From contig NC_068984.1 of assembly GCF_001194135.2 (NCBI RefSeq), positions 28,795,793 to 28,859,792 on the forward strand: 64,000 nt of DNA. Reading direction: 5' to 3'. Below are positions 12,791 through 26,575 of the stretch, piece by piece. Made by a program: the position numbers and the translations under genes. Numbering within the stretch: position 1 is the stretch's first letter; every line of letters begins with the position of its first letter. The notes beneath the pieces are model-generated. The model saw nothing but the letters and a program-made list of their open reading frames with translations, searched no databases and was not told the DNA's origin. Source of the stretch: Octopus bimaculoides (taxonomy: Eukaryota).

Positions 12791-14743
12791 TAATTAACTA
12801 TGTACACATATCAGAATGCTAGTATGTAGTTTGAAACACTACAACTCAACTACCAAGGAACCAAATGATATTTGGTCAAGATATATTATATCATGCATGT
12901 TTCTCTAATACCATGTAAAATAACTATGTATGATTGCCTAACTAGACAGGATTCTTCATTAATTTCATAGAATGATTGAGGTACATGGTTTCCTTCATAT
13001 GGAAATTGTATCATTTTATTGTCTAATGCATTGGACACTACCATAAATATCTGTAGATGTCACCAAATACTGAACCACATGAAACTGTAATTCAAATATA
13101 GCATTGTTGTTTAGGGGTCAAAAGCTGGATTTAAGCACTCTGCATGAGAAGCAAATGTCATCCTCATTTTACAAAAAACTTCCAGTAAAAAGTTTTCACA
13201 ATTTACACCATGTGTGCAAAATCCTCTACAAATTCAGGATAATGGTAGCCCAACTGAGAAATGAGCCCTGCATGGTGGAGTGACTGCTGCAGTAAGTGTC
13301 ACTGGCCATTCTTCATGGCAATGCCACCATGATCATTACCATGGGGTGTAGCTGAACATACCATTTGTTCTGAGGTGTGTGGTCCATTGCTCCCTCCTCC
13401 TTAATCTTCTGCTTTACCTTTTTCTTTCTTTTCCTTTTTAATCTTTCCTTTTTTTTCTGTTTCTTTGTATTTAAATATTATAATTTAAAATGTGATCTGT
13501 TGTATAAATGGCTTTAGGAAATACCATATGTGCTTAGTTTTAATTTCAACAAGTAAATTTCATGGGAATTTTTTTTCCTTTAATTGTAAAGCTTAATGAT
13601 GCTTAATACCTCTGGAGGTAAGTTAGAATTTGGTAATATTGTTCATTCTGGATTAATTTATTATTATTTAGTAGAGTTAATACATATCTTGTAAATATAT
13701 TTGAAAACACTTGCATTAATCAACCTCACTCTATTCATCCAGTCTTTACAAATGAATGAACAACAGGTAAAAACCACACATGTTGTGTAAAGCAATGATC
13801 ATTAAACTATATCAGCAAATTACATCTAAATTCATTCAATGGTTATTATTATTATTAATTTTCCCTTTTTTATGCTAGACAAATTATATTTCATAAAAAT
13901 TTCTAGTTTCTAAAACTTATAGTGCATTTTATATAGAAAAAGCACTTCTGAACTTTAAAGGAATAACTGAGAATATCAGCTTAGTATATGTTGAAGTAAT
14001 TCAAATTATGTATTTAAATGACTGATGTTGATAAAACATTAAAGCTTGCTTTTATATGTTTAGGTGCTAGTGGAAAATAACTCATTTTAAATAATGAAAA
14101 CGATAAATGAATACTGATTTTCCAAAATGGAAGTCTACTGAAAATTAATAATGGTAGAAGATACTTTATCTTCATCTTTAATTTGATTCACGATTAATCC
14201 TCTTAGGAAACAGTAAGTAGCAGGATACAAGATGTAGCAGGTAAATGCTATTACTGAGAAAATTTGATCTCGAGGGAAAAGAAAAAGAACCAAAGGGGAA
14301 AATGTCAGTAAATATCCAAGGAAGACAAGGAAGTATGAGACAGACAGTTAAAATGTCAAGAATTAGAAGTGAAAATGCCAATTTGGGTAATATTAAATCA
14401 GGTACTTTAGTTCCTGTAGTTGAATTCATACACCACAGAAAAAGAATCAAATATTAAAACAATGAACAATGATGATTTGGAACAAATGTGAGTACCTCTA
14501 TGGATTTGTCTGACTTGCTAAATTCAATAACCAAATCTCCCACAAATTACACTCTACTCTTTGAAAATATGAGCACACATATCAAATGTAATGAACACTT
14601 AATGTAATACTATTACCTTGGAGAAAACTAACCGTATCACACCAATTAGTTTGAACAATAGCTACTACTCTTTCTATCCCAAATATGGCCACAGAATGAT
14701 GGCTAAGATTTACTCTCTTATACAATCTGCGCACATCACAGAA

Positions 14744-14749
<6 letters not shown>

Positions 14750-14781
<32 letters not shown>
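14750..14781. repeat. (AT)n microsatellite
   Basis: Direct reading. Confidence 0.95.
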
Positions 14782-14784
<3 letters not shown>

Positions 14785-15414
14785 TATGCATATTATGTGT
14801 GTGCATGCCTGTATGTTTATGCATACACACATATACAAATATATGTAGAGAGAGGGGAAGAAGGGAAATATTCTCCAATACACAACCCCACCTATCATCA
14901 TCAAAATCTAATGTCTCTCTTTTCAATAAGCCCGTGTTGTTAATCCTTCCCTTTTCCCTCGTTTTCTACTTTCTTTCCCACCAGCTCCTAATCATTTATA
15001 AGTTCCATCTACAATCATTTGCCCACTCACTCTTTTACTGTCCCTCAGTTAAAGTAGTCATTTCATACCCTTTGTTTTGCAAGTTACATGATGATCTTCA
15101 CTAGCAATGGTACTAGAAAACAAAAAAAACTACATTCTGTAAAGTTGGCATTAGGAAGGGCCAGCCACAGGAACCATCTCAAGCTAGACAATGGTGCATA
15201 ACACACTCCCCTGACTTATCACGTCTTGTCAAATTGCCTAACCCATGCCAGCATTGAACTCATGCCACATTTTACGAGGTTTCTAGAGTTTACAGTTGGG
15301 TATCAGTAACAGGATTTCAAATCTATCTTCAAATAAAGATTTTTTGATGCAGTAGCCTCCTATTATAATGAGGCTACGGTAACCAGTAGAGTTAAGGACC
15401 ACATTCAAATTTAC

Positions 15415-15529
15415 GTTTTTGGAGGCGAAAGATTTGAAATAACATTTTCACATCAAAAGATTTGGTTGATGGATTATCAAGTAAAATTTGAATTGCTTGT
15501 GGAAGAAACTTGCAGGACAAAAAGACGAC
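15415..15529 (-). CDS. Candidate internal exon of an unidentified gene (VVFLSCKFLPQAIQILLDNPSTKSFDVKMLFQIFRLQK)
   Basis: Acceptor AATGCTTCTTTCAG, donor AC|GTAAAT, a single open frame over 115 nt, non-repetitive; no family recognised. Confidence 0.3.
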
Positions 15530-17745
15530 CTGAAAGAAGCATTTAACAAAGATATCACATGATTAAGAAACATGGAGTAGTACTACATTGTAAACATGGC
15601 CAAATGTTTTTGTTTGCAACAAAACCTGTAGAGAATAAGAATGAAGAGAAGAAGAGAATATATTGTAAAATTTACTGTCTTTAGAGTAGCTAGATTTTAA
15701 AATGGTATTGTCTCAGTAAATACATGTCCAAATTTCTAAACATAGTCAATCTATACAGATGGAAATATGAGCTTAGAAATATACATTATTTTTATAATTT
15801 TTATACATAGGACTAAATCAAAATTAAGCTCAACTTATAGGAAAAATATTTATTATTGATTAGTAAAATATGAAACCAAAGTAATTCAATTCTTTTCAGC
15901 CTGAATCATGAAGTAGATGTTGCATGATTTTATGTCTAATATAATGATAGAAATAATTGATAGAACTAAGCCTAGGAGGTATGACATGTACTAAGTGACC
16001 TCTCTACATAACATCAGGTGTTTACATTATTTTGAAGGAGTTATGAGTGTTTGTTACAGAAGGAAATTAGAGAAAGAATATTCAAAGGCTATTTCTGCAA
16101 CCATCAGATTTATTCATTTTACAAAAAATGTAACAAAAGACTGAGAATCAGAACTTCCTTAATGTTACAAAGACTGTAACTGGTTGGCGTATTTTGAAAA
16201 ATATTTACCTAGTTCAACAGAGTTGGCTTTTGATTAAATTCTATTGGGGTGTTTGAATGTTGTGGCTCCTAAATTTAAATTATATTTTGTTTCTAGTCTT
16301 ATTTTTTACATTTAAGAACTTGATAACCTCAAATATCTTACTCCAGGACAATATTAAGTTATTAAGACCAATAATAATCACACACACACGTCAAATATAT
16401 CAAGAAGACAACAAACATAAATACATCTATATGACTATGTATTTCTTGCACATATACCTACACACACACACACACACACAAGCACATGACATATAACATA
16501 CCATATATATACTCTATCACGTATATGATATTCTTTGGGTGCCATAGTACATTCTTATAGTATCATTCTTATCACTTACAATATTATATATCATTTTAGC
16601 ATGATGAAAGGAAAGAATGAAAACCTATATAGAGCAGCTATAAAAGAACCAAATGATACAGCAAGAAATAGTAAAGAAGCTCAAGTTGTAGTGTGGCTAA
16701 ATTACTTTCATTGTATGCTTCAGGAAAGCATCAGGCAACAGATTTTATTGATATATGATATACTTGAGATTTGTTTATTACTAATTTAAGGATTTTGAAT
16801 CCCTAGAGGATGCTGGTTTTTGCACACTGCACCAACTTTTTTTTTAGTTCTTTGACATAACTCCATTTTTAATACAAACTTTATGATTTTCGTTACTTTT
16901 TAGTAAAAAGTTCAAAAGTATCTAATTATAAATGCATTAGCCAGTTCACATTTTGGTGCATTAGAAGTTAGACCTGTTCTTGGGTATACATGGGACACCA
17001 ATTCCAAAAAAATTATAGCTTTTGAAGATATTGCATATCTTATTATATAGAGATCTGTTCATTCATGTGCTGACCCCAGCTGCACCTAACATTTTGATGC
17101 ATTGAAAAACAGACTTTCTCTTGTAGCCAAATTGAAAATGATATCTGTTGTCACTTCTCAGTTCTTATTAATTAATACTATGTTATTTTGGTACCAAAAT
17201 AACTGCAATATGAATGCACTTGATATATGCCATCGAAACAGCCACATGATATTAAGTCAGTTTATTTCAGTACAAAATTTTAGAAAAAGGAAAGCATTAA
17301 ACAAAATAAAGTCTCCACATTGGCTACTAATGCAAAAGTCTTTCTTGACGGAGTTTGGCAAGCAGGAGTTATTCTATAGCACCAAAATAAGAAAGTTTAT
17401 AAGAAATTCTTATTTCATAGATGCAGTAAACAACACCACGTTTTGTGCATGATCTTTTATTGTTCTATTTACCAAAACCTTTGACAACCATTAGACAGTC
17501 AACAATTCTGAATTAGTAGATGATAGGCTTTCCTATTTTAATAGTTACTGGCAATAAATGCTAAGTTACATCGAGTCTACAGTCACTTAAATTGCTTTCC
17601 TGAAAAACTTGGAATTTTAAGCAAAGAGAAAGATTTCATTGAGATATAAAAACAATGGAAGGAAAGTACTTGCTAAGGTGGCATACACACTTGCAAATAG
17701 ATAACTGCTGGAACCTTCAGTAGGATTGTCCTGGTAAATCTCTCT

Positions 17746-17929
17746 TTAAGCCTTTAGCATTCAGATTATTCTGTCAAATGTAATGCTTATTTATTCATTG
17801 TTTTGAATTATTCAAGCATTATCACATACTTTTGAGATTTCAATGATGTGATTGTGTGTTTCAGGATAAAACATAAAACTGGTAGAATATTTGGGCCAGA
17901 TGTGTTCGCTTTAAGTCCTAAAGGAGTAA
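17746..17929. mobile_element. Degraded TTAA-type MITE (piggyBac-like ends), internally deleted
   Basis: Ends TTAAGCCTTTAGCATT ... AGTCCTAAAGGAGTAA approximate TTAACCCTTTAG...CTAAAGGGTTAA. Confidence 0.6.
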
Positions 17930-20312
17930 ACAGATAATTTATCAAGGTAATTTCACTGAAGTTCTCCTTATCATAGACATAGTTGTACCAAGTAGACAGT
18001 ATCTTCTATTTTATATACAGACACTTAGATATACATGGCTTGATGATTAAGAAGTTAGTTTTACAACCACTTGGTCTGTCTTCACTTCAACTGTGTTGCA
18101 CCTTTAGCATCTGTCTTCTGCAACAACCTCAGGCCATCCAAAGCCTTGTTAGTGGATTTGGTAGATAGAAACTGAAATAAACTTGTCGTGTGTCTATGTC
18201 TATATGCATTGGTACAGTGTGTGTGTGTGTCCTTTTCTTGACACTGCATGATAGTTATAAACAAGTATCATCTTTTTATACAGAGTGTCAGTCTTTCCTA
18301 ATGCGTCCAGCCTTGCAGAAGCAATAGCTTGGTTTGAAACGGAATGACATCTGGCTATAAGAATTCTGCCTTGATGACTTCCATCTGGCCCACGCAACCA
18401 TGGTAAAGTTAGCATTGAAATAATGGCCATGGTGATTATGATATAGCTTCAAAGAGATAAAAACAAATCTGTGTAACTGGAGAAGTAACATAGAGTTCAA
18501 AGAAGATGAGGTAGGTAGAAATGTTTTTCTTTTTTTGTAATTATTGGGTGAGCCATTAGTTTTTTTGTTGCTCACCAGGGCATAGTTCGATATCTTTAGT
18601 TGTATGTGATCGAGAGAATTTGAGTGTTCAATTGTGTTATTTGGTTGTAGGTGTGTTCGCATGTGTGTGTGTGTTTGTGCACAAGTTTGAATGCGTAAGT
18701 GTATATTTTTATATAATGAAGCAGATGCAGGGTTGGGGGTCGGAAGCAAATTCTTAAGGGTGTGGTCAAAATATTTGTGTCTGTATCTGTGTATATGCAT
18801 GTAAATGGAAATTTAAGGGATGAAAATAAGAAATGAATTTGAAGAATATGTGACACGGAAGTCAAAATAGCAATAGTTCTGATATTCATGGTCAAGATCA
18901 TTAAGTTTTGAATGCGTTAGTGAAGTGTGTATTGAGGTGTGTGGGTGTGTGTGCATATTATTGTACATAGCAGTACTGCCTTCAATTACAATTTTCAAAA
19001 GCAGATCCTGTAGAAGAAGGGAGTTGATGAGAGTCTTTGTATGTAAGTATAATGTGCATGTGAATTTGTGTGTGCATGCCTAAGAAATGGCCGTCTATAG
19101 ATGAAGTTTTCAAAGGAGAGGGTTGTGTGTGTGCAGGAGTAATGGAATGTGAGGATGTGTTTAATGTGTTTGGGTTTGGTGGTTTAATCTAGGGAGGGAC
19201 TCTATGCCTAATTATAGGATATAATTAATTAACTTTGTTAAAGTTAATTATCTTTAATTTGTTGTAAATTGCAAAATTAGGTGTCATGGGTGTGCAACGC
19301 CTGGCGAGTAAGGAAGAAGGAGCTAAATGTGGTAAAATGATGGCAGTAGGAACTTTTAAAGTATTTAGCTATTTGATTGGATGTGTGTGTGTGCGTGCAT
19401 GTGTATGTATGTATATATATGTATACACACACTAGCAGTGCATCTCAGCATTGCTTGGGTGTTATGACATACAGCCATATTGTATTATTTGTTCCCTTCT
19501 TATGGGCAGAATTGGCACAGCTGATATATAGTGAACTGGATTACTGGTGGAATGGAAGTTATTGTTTGTTTAAAAGTGAATGCACTTTGCACAGGTTTGC
19601 ATGAAAGTGCTTTCTGTTCTTAAGAAGGATCATAGACTATGTACTTTTTCATCATATAAAAGAGGATCAATATGAATTTGCCCAGAAATCACATTTCCAA
19701 AATTTTAGCTTCCCGCCTGTCCCCACCACAATTTCTTAATTTGTAACTGTTTACGAATTTTTTTTTTTTTTTATCCATGGAGTAAAATACAGAGATTACA
19801 AATCTGGGACATTTTATTTTTTTTAAAGTTTAATTTTTTTTAAAGAAATACTCAACGCCCCTTCCCCACCTTGCATACCCATCATCTACCTGCTTTCAAA
19901 AAGCTAAAACACCAAATGTTTCACTTTTGTCTGATGTTTCACACATGCATAGAATTGTACTGAAACTCATGCATACATACACAATTATATACATACACTT
20001 ACATATATGCATATATATATTCATACAGACATGCATGTGCAAATATATATGAAATAATATAGATAGACTTGAATGGGTAAGAAAATGGAAACTCATACCT
20101 AAATATTCATATACAAGGGTGTGTGGGTGTGCATGCATGCACCTGCATGTGTGTGTACACATACACACTCACATATAACTGTGCAGAGGTGCAGATTTGG
20201 TTGTGTGAAAGTAAAGGCATATAAGTGACTGAATAATACATTTACTGATATCATAGAATGCTTGCTGAGTTGTAAACAATTCAGTGAACACAGTTGAAAC
20301 AGCATCATATCA

Positions 20313-20317
<5 letters not shown>

Positions 20318-20378
<61 letters not shown>
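20318..20378. repeat. (AT)n microsatellite
   Basis: Direct reading. Confidence 0.95.
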
Positions 20379-20381
<3 letters not shown>

Positions 20382-21930
20382 AGCAAAATGAACATCATCG
20401 CAGCAACAATTTGTGGGAATGTTCAATGTAACTCACCCTTGTTGAAGCTTGACAAAACCACAACAGCATACTTTTCTAAGGTGTATGTACATTTAGCATG
20501 ATACATATGCTAATTTAATGATGTTTCAATTATATTCATCTCATTATCTATCTACCTACATATAGGTAGGCATCTAGAGACATGATGAAATAGGCAGATA
20601 TAGGCATTTGGATAGAGTAAGTGGAGATAAGCGAGAATAGCTGTAGATATATGCACCAATGTAAAATAAGTAATCAGGTATGGCAGATTTAAAAACAATA
20701 TAGAACATGTAATGCATAAGTGTATGCATACACATGTAGAATATTTGCTTCAGTATAAATTTGTGTAGGAAAACAAGGAGAATCCTAATGTAAGGAGTAG
20801 CAGACATTGTGCATTGTTTATTTTAGAGGATGCCAACATAAAACAGAGGGTTTGTGTATGTACATACATGAGGAATTGTGTATAAATGAAATATAGAAGG
20901 CTAAATGCTGTGTCCATATATTCCATTATGGTTTTGTTTTTTATTGTGTGAGTACAATTGTATATGATGGGGTATAAAGCACTTACACACAGGGTTGAAT
21001 TAATAACAATATTGGTAGTGATTTGATGTATAGGTTCATTGTTGCCATTTTTACCCCAACATTCAGATACAAAACTGCATAAATGAAAATCTACACACAC
21101 ATCCATTGGTCTTGAAGATGAACGTTACATTTGTTTGATCAACTGAACTACATACTCATTTAATTATAGTGTAAATGACCAATTTTGCCACAGGCACATA
21201 TGTAGCCTTCACACAATAGTAAAAACAGTGTATGACAAAGTTATCCATTTCAATTACAAGTATAACTCATCTAGTGATTTTCCATTCAGTTTCTTTCTAT
21301 GCAAATCTTTCTATAAGTCTTAGGTCAATTTAAGGCTGTGGTAAATGATATTTACTATGCTAGCATGGAAGGTAGATGTTAAATGATGATGATGATGTGT
21401 CATGGAGTGGGATTGAACCTTTAACTATACAGCAATGCTTGCATACGCATATAAATACAATCAACTAGTGTGTAGGATGTGACAATAAAAGGTGTTCTTT
21501 AATGTTATTTGTGACAAAGTAATCTAGTTTTTATACATTTTATACATTTACACTGAATGCTTGAGTGCTAAACTATAAAGATATCTTTAGAATATAATCT
21601 GAAATAACATGCATGAATATTCTTAAACGGACCAACATTCATAATAAAATGGTCAAGTTCAAACTAAAATTATGTGGTAGGAAATCAAATTACAGAATAT
21701 TGAAATAGCTTAACCTGTAACCTGATAGGCACACTAGTATGCCAGCACTAAGAATAGTAATACACTAACACACAATCTACCAACCACCACAAAACAGTCA
21801 GATATACACACTCAGGTTTATCTGTGCAGATACTGACTATATAAGACATACACACAGTGGTACATGAACATACACCTTTACAAAAGAATAAATGTATAAT
21901 GATACAGGCTGCTGCATATAAATGTACATA

Positions 21931-22325
21931 GGTGCAGGAGTGGCTGTGTGGTAAGAAGCTTGCTTCCCAATCACATGGTTTTGGGTTCAGCCCCACTGCA
22001 TGGCACCTTGGGCAAGTGTCTTCTACTATAGCCTTGGGCTGACCAAAGCCTTGTGAGTGGATTTGGTAGATGGAAACTGAAAGAAGCCCGTCGTATGTAT
22101 ATATATATACATATATATATATTTGTGTGTATATGTTAGTCCCCCCATGCCATCGTCGCTTGACAACTGATGTTGGAGTGTTTATGTCCCTGTAAATTAG
22201 TGGTTCTGCAAAAGAGACAAACAGAATAAGTACTAGGCTTACAAAGAATAAATCCTGGGGCTGAGTTGTTTGACTATGGGTGGTGCTCCAGCATGGCCAC
22301 AGTCAAATAAATGAAATGAGTAAGC
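21931..22325 (+). mobile_element. tRNA-headed SINE with internal (AT)/(GT) microsatellite
   Basis: Head GCAGGAGTGGCTGTGTGGTAAG (A-box-like) and GGGTTCAGCCCC (B-box-like); body GGCACCTTGGGCAAGTGTCTTCTACTATAGCC...GGATTTGGTAGATGGAAACTGAAAGAAGCCCGTCG. Fragments recur at 18130-18192 (+), 46090-46215 (-) and 58083-58165 (-). Confidence 0.85.
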
Positions 22326-24059
22326 GTATACCTAGATATATAACTTCACAAACTCAAATGTATACTCACACACATAGACTTACCCCCCACCACACACACA
22401 TGCGTGTGTGTGTGTGTGTACACATAGTGCTCAAATGCATACTCAACATGATAATACTGTTACATATGCAGTAATATGCATTTTTAAGCATGTGTGCTAC
22501 ATTTAACAACATATAAGTGGACACTATATGCACAGATATAAAAACAATACTTACACAAATACACACACACATCCTTTTCTTTTCGCTCCTCAAACTACAG
22601 TTTGATATTGTATTACTTCTTTACCCCATAACCCCACCAGGCCAAGAAAAGCTATATATTAAACATTTACATATGATATAGTTACTAGTCAGCAAATAAT
22701 TATAGATAAAATAATATAGACATACATACACACATAAATACAACAGGCTTCCATGAGATCTTGTATAATAAATACTAAATTTCCCTTTAAAGTTATTGGT
22801 CAACCAGAGACTACAATGGAAGTAACTGCTACAGAGTTGTGGTAGAATCAAACCTAGAAACACTTGGTTACAAAATGAAATTCTGAACAACACAGCACAT
22901 GACTATACCAGCACCTGCTATTTTTTCCAGCTGTGTAATATTCAATTTAAGTGTGACTAAGCTAATACACAGTTACTAATATATCATACATCTTAGACAG
23001 TGGCAGCTTTCAGAATAGTATTAGAATTGACAATTTTGACATCTGCCCAAAGAAATGATAATCAAACTGAACAGATAGGTGAATATCTACATCCACCAAT
23101 TTTCTCTTTTTGTTGTCAGACCCTTCATATGCAGAAAGCTTGACACTAGGATTTAAACTTTGTAACAGCTATTGCCATTAATATTAATTGTAGATCTAAT
23201 GTTATTCACCAAATTTATTAGTTATATTCATAAATAGTAATGGTAGATTATTTTGAGAGTATATTTACATTTCTACTCAGGCACTCACACCTACATATGC
23301 ATATATTTATATATACATACACAAACGTCTGTGTATGAATGCATGTGTATGTTTATATACAAGACTGACAGTTTCATTGAGCAATTTACCATCTTTCTAT
23401 AAAATCTGATTTTCAAGTATCATTTCTTTTAATATGTTTAGATTAGAAGATTTTATGATTAACTTAAGGTGCAATAATTTTATATTTCCTTGGAGTAGAT
23501 TTAATCACACACCTGCTTTCGACTTTTGCTGCTGCACTGTTTGCTGTATAAAAATGGTATTTAATACAGATTCAGGAATGGTAGTTACATCACATCAATC
23601 TTAAAAGTCACAAGACATAAAATTGTCAGCTCATAACTTATTTTCACAGACAGGATCAAATTTGTTGTTACCATACATATAGAAATATACATGAACACAT
23701 ATACAGAAACTTTCCATGTTTATGTAATCTCAGGCAACAGGATTCGGGGGATATGATGTTTCACTTTACCCTCACAGAAACTTCTTAGCCAAAAGACACT
23801 TCACAACATTTTTACTAAGATCAAATTATACTTGACAATTTGAAAAACTACAATCATGATATATACGTGTGTGTGTGTATGTGTGTGTGTGTGTATGTGT
23901 ATGTGTGCATAGGCATGCAAATGTTTGTATATGCATCACTGTAAACTCTCATCATATGTGCATGGAATTTTTCATGGTAAATATTTATTTATTTATATAT
24001 ACTTGCATTACTATGTCTGTCTGTTTGTGCGTGAAATATCTATGTGAGTGTTTTGTTTT

Positions 24060-24300
24060 CTGAAAAATCAACTGCATGGCCAATGAATGTACCACTAAGC
24101 AATTGTTTTATAGAGAACTTATTCAGGAAAAAAGGAAACAGTGTAAGACAAAGAAAAGGTTCAAGGATGCATTGAAGGACAACTTGGACAGTGTAGGAAT
24201 TTATCAAAAAACCTGTAAGTCTCACAGGGAGTTGCTTTCCAGTGTTAAGAAATATGGGAAGGAGTAAAAAGTTTGAGGAAAGATTAATACAGGAGGTCTA
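24060..24300 (+). mobile_element. RTE-type LINE C-terminal fragment (second RTE-like family)
   Basis: TTKQLFYRELIQEKRKQCKTKKRFKDALKDNL resembles the RTE post-RT motif xPKQLFYGEL..GKR..G..KKRFKDxLK. Confidence 0.6.
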
Positions 24301-24494
24301 AAGAAACTTTTCAAGGTTCCTCAAGATCAGACACCACAGGCAGTTCAAGTTGGACCAAAACTAGTGTACAATTTAAGTGGATGTCCTTCTAAAAGAATAT
24401 CTGGTTTTCACATCCATAACTGAACATCATGTGCACAGAGGTACTCAAGTTTAGAGTTGAGCAGACAACCATCAGTTATCTGTCTGTCTGTCTC

Positions 24495-24543
<49 letters not shown>

Positions 24544-24631
24544 NNNNNNNNNNNNNNNNNNNNNNNNNNNNNNNNNNNNNNNNNNNNNNNNNNNNNNNNN
24601 NNNNNNNNNNNNNNNNNNNNNNNNNNNNNNN
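24544..24631. other. Assembly gap (N run) within (AT)n
   Basis: Ns flanked by AT repeats on both sides. Confidence 1.
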
Positions 24632-26464
24632 TATATATATAGCTTTCACCACCTACATCTATTATAAGCACAAGAAAAAATACAACCATTATCATATCCT
24701 ACCTATTAACTACTTAATGAACAACAACAGCAATAATATTATGAACTCCTTTTAAAATAGAATAAATTTCATGGGAAAATGTGGTACCTGAGTGTATATT
24801 AAAAGTTGAATGAAATGTCTTTTATCTTAGAGTCTAAATAGCAATAAAAAGACAACACAAACAATACAATCCACCAATTTTTGAGTAACTAACAGGCAAC
24901 AACAATTACAAAATCACCATGATAGCAATGTCTGCAGATACATATGTCATATGCTAACTAATGTTGTGTGTGTGTGTGTGTGCATGTGTAGGGTGTGGAG
25001 ATTTTATTGTTCAAGTCAAGGATGCAAGGGGCAAATTGTTCATGAACCTGACAACCCTTCAACTAACTGTAACCACACAATACTTCCTCTCACCTAACTC
25101 CTTTAGCTTTTCATTTCATCTCCATTCTTACAACAATTTTTGCTTTTAACAAACAGTCCTTTTCTGGATTTATTTTCTTTACTACATGTTTGTTGTGGAT
25201 ATTTGTTGATAACAATTGCAGGTGGATTTACCTACACCACCCCTCACACAGTAGTCACAGCTACTGTGATTTTAGGATTCTGATTTATTCCTGAATATTT
25301 CTCTTCGAATATTTTCATCTACACATATTGTACTACATATATTTAGAAAGTGTTATTTTAATGCATGAAAGTACTTATGTTGCTTGTTTTGTAGTAGTAG
25401 TTGTCACCCTTTTTAAATAAATTATTAGAACACATTATCACATTACAATATAGAATCAATGGGAAAATTAACTTCACATTATGGTAAAATTTTCAATAAT
25501 ACATTACTACAGTCTGGCAGGGTTGTCTTCTGTATGTATGTGTGCGTATGTACACACATACCACACACTAATACAAATCATTAACCTGATAGCTTGATCC
25601 CATAAACTTCATGCAAATATATTCACAGCAATTCAATCAGAGTTTGAATGACTGTAAATATATTTGAATGATACCTATGACATAGGACTGCTGATTTCTA
25701 CTGAAAGGATACTGTTTATTCCAGTTGATTTTATACTACTCCCTCCACACACCAACACATACACAAGCATCACAAATCTTTTTAAACTATTACATAATTC
25801 ATTTTAGTATACAATAATATGCCAGCATATACTTTATTTTAGTCAAAGCCAATTCATTATGCTAAGAGTATTATGCTTGCAACTAACCAAATTTAGTTGA
25901 TCTGAATTTTAGCAAAAGAAAGCATTACAGGATAAGTTTAAAACTTTTAATTTTAATCTTATTAGTGAAAGTGATCCATATGATTCATATATCAATAACG
26001 AGATCTATATAGAAAGGAAGAAATCAAAAGAAGATGAAAATTGAAAGGTGTTCAGCTATCAGATATATAATGTTAAAATGAAACTTTGTGTGAACACCAT
26101 TTTGTAGGAATACAATCAATGAATGTTACATAAAAGAGGACATTTCCCTAGTATCTCTCTTGTTATGTGATATGCTTAGAGGCTTTGGTGATCATGAGTC
26201 TCAATGCCAAAGTCTATAGATCCAGAATTTTGCATCAGAAAGATACAGTCACAGTTTCCCATTCTTCTGCCAGTTCAATTACACTTTTCTGCATCACAGA
26301 GTTTATTCTGGAGATACAGGACTTATGTAACTGATCCACTTGACACCTGGGCATGTCCACACATGTCTAAGAGCTGGTTCCCCTTCATGTACTGGATGTT
26401 TTAGCAACAGGATACTTTTCTGTTACTTAACCCATAACTGAAGCCCTTGAACACAACTATCACC

Positions 26465-26575
26465 TGTGGCTAGAGTGGACCTGGAAGTGATGATGACAAA
26501 ACAGTATTTCCATACTCCCCAAAACTCTTGAACTCTCAAGCTGGAACATCACCAGCAGGTGTACTTTAACATCAT
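26465..26575 (+). mobile_element. Degraded interspersed repeat (SINE-like)
   Basis: GAGTGGACCTGGAAGTGATG...TTCCATACTCCCCAAAACTC...GCTGGAACATCACCAGCAG resembles a common octopus repeat as I recall it; no second copy in the window. Confidence 0.35.

Noticed and set aside
14178-14490. ORFs 14245-14457 and 14178-14450 and a possible small exon ending at GTGAGT
   Set aside because: No recognisable motif, A-rich composition explains the open frames, and the acceptor is weak.
18288-18800. 170-aa minus ORF as a single gene
   Set aside because: The 5' half runs through (CA)n microsatellite and low-complexity sequence; only the 3' part is kept as a candidate.
23015-23170. Two plus-strand exons joined by a 41-nt intron
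   Set aside because: The intron is implausibly short and the second donor is poor.
24429-24755. ORFs spanning the N gap (also 35904-36410)
   Set aside because: Artefacts of Ns and dinucleotide repeats.
26200-26400. Possible LINE AP-endonuclease start (MSLNAK...LFCITEF)
   Set aside because: Only one weak motif; not supportable without a profile search.
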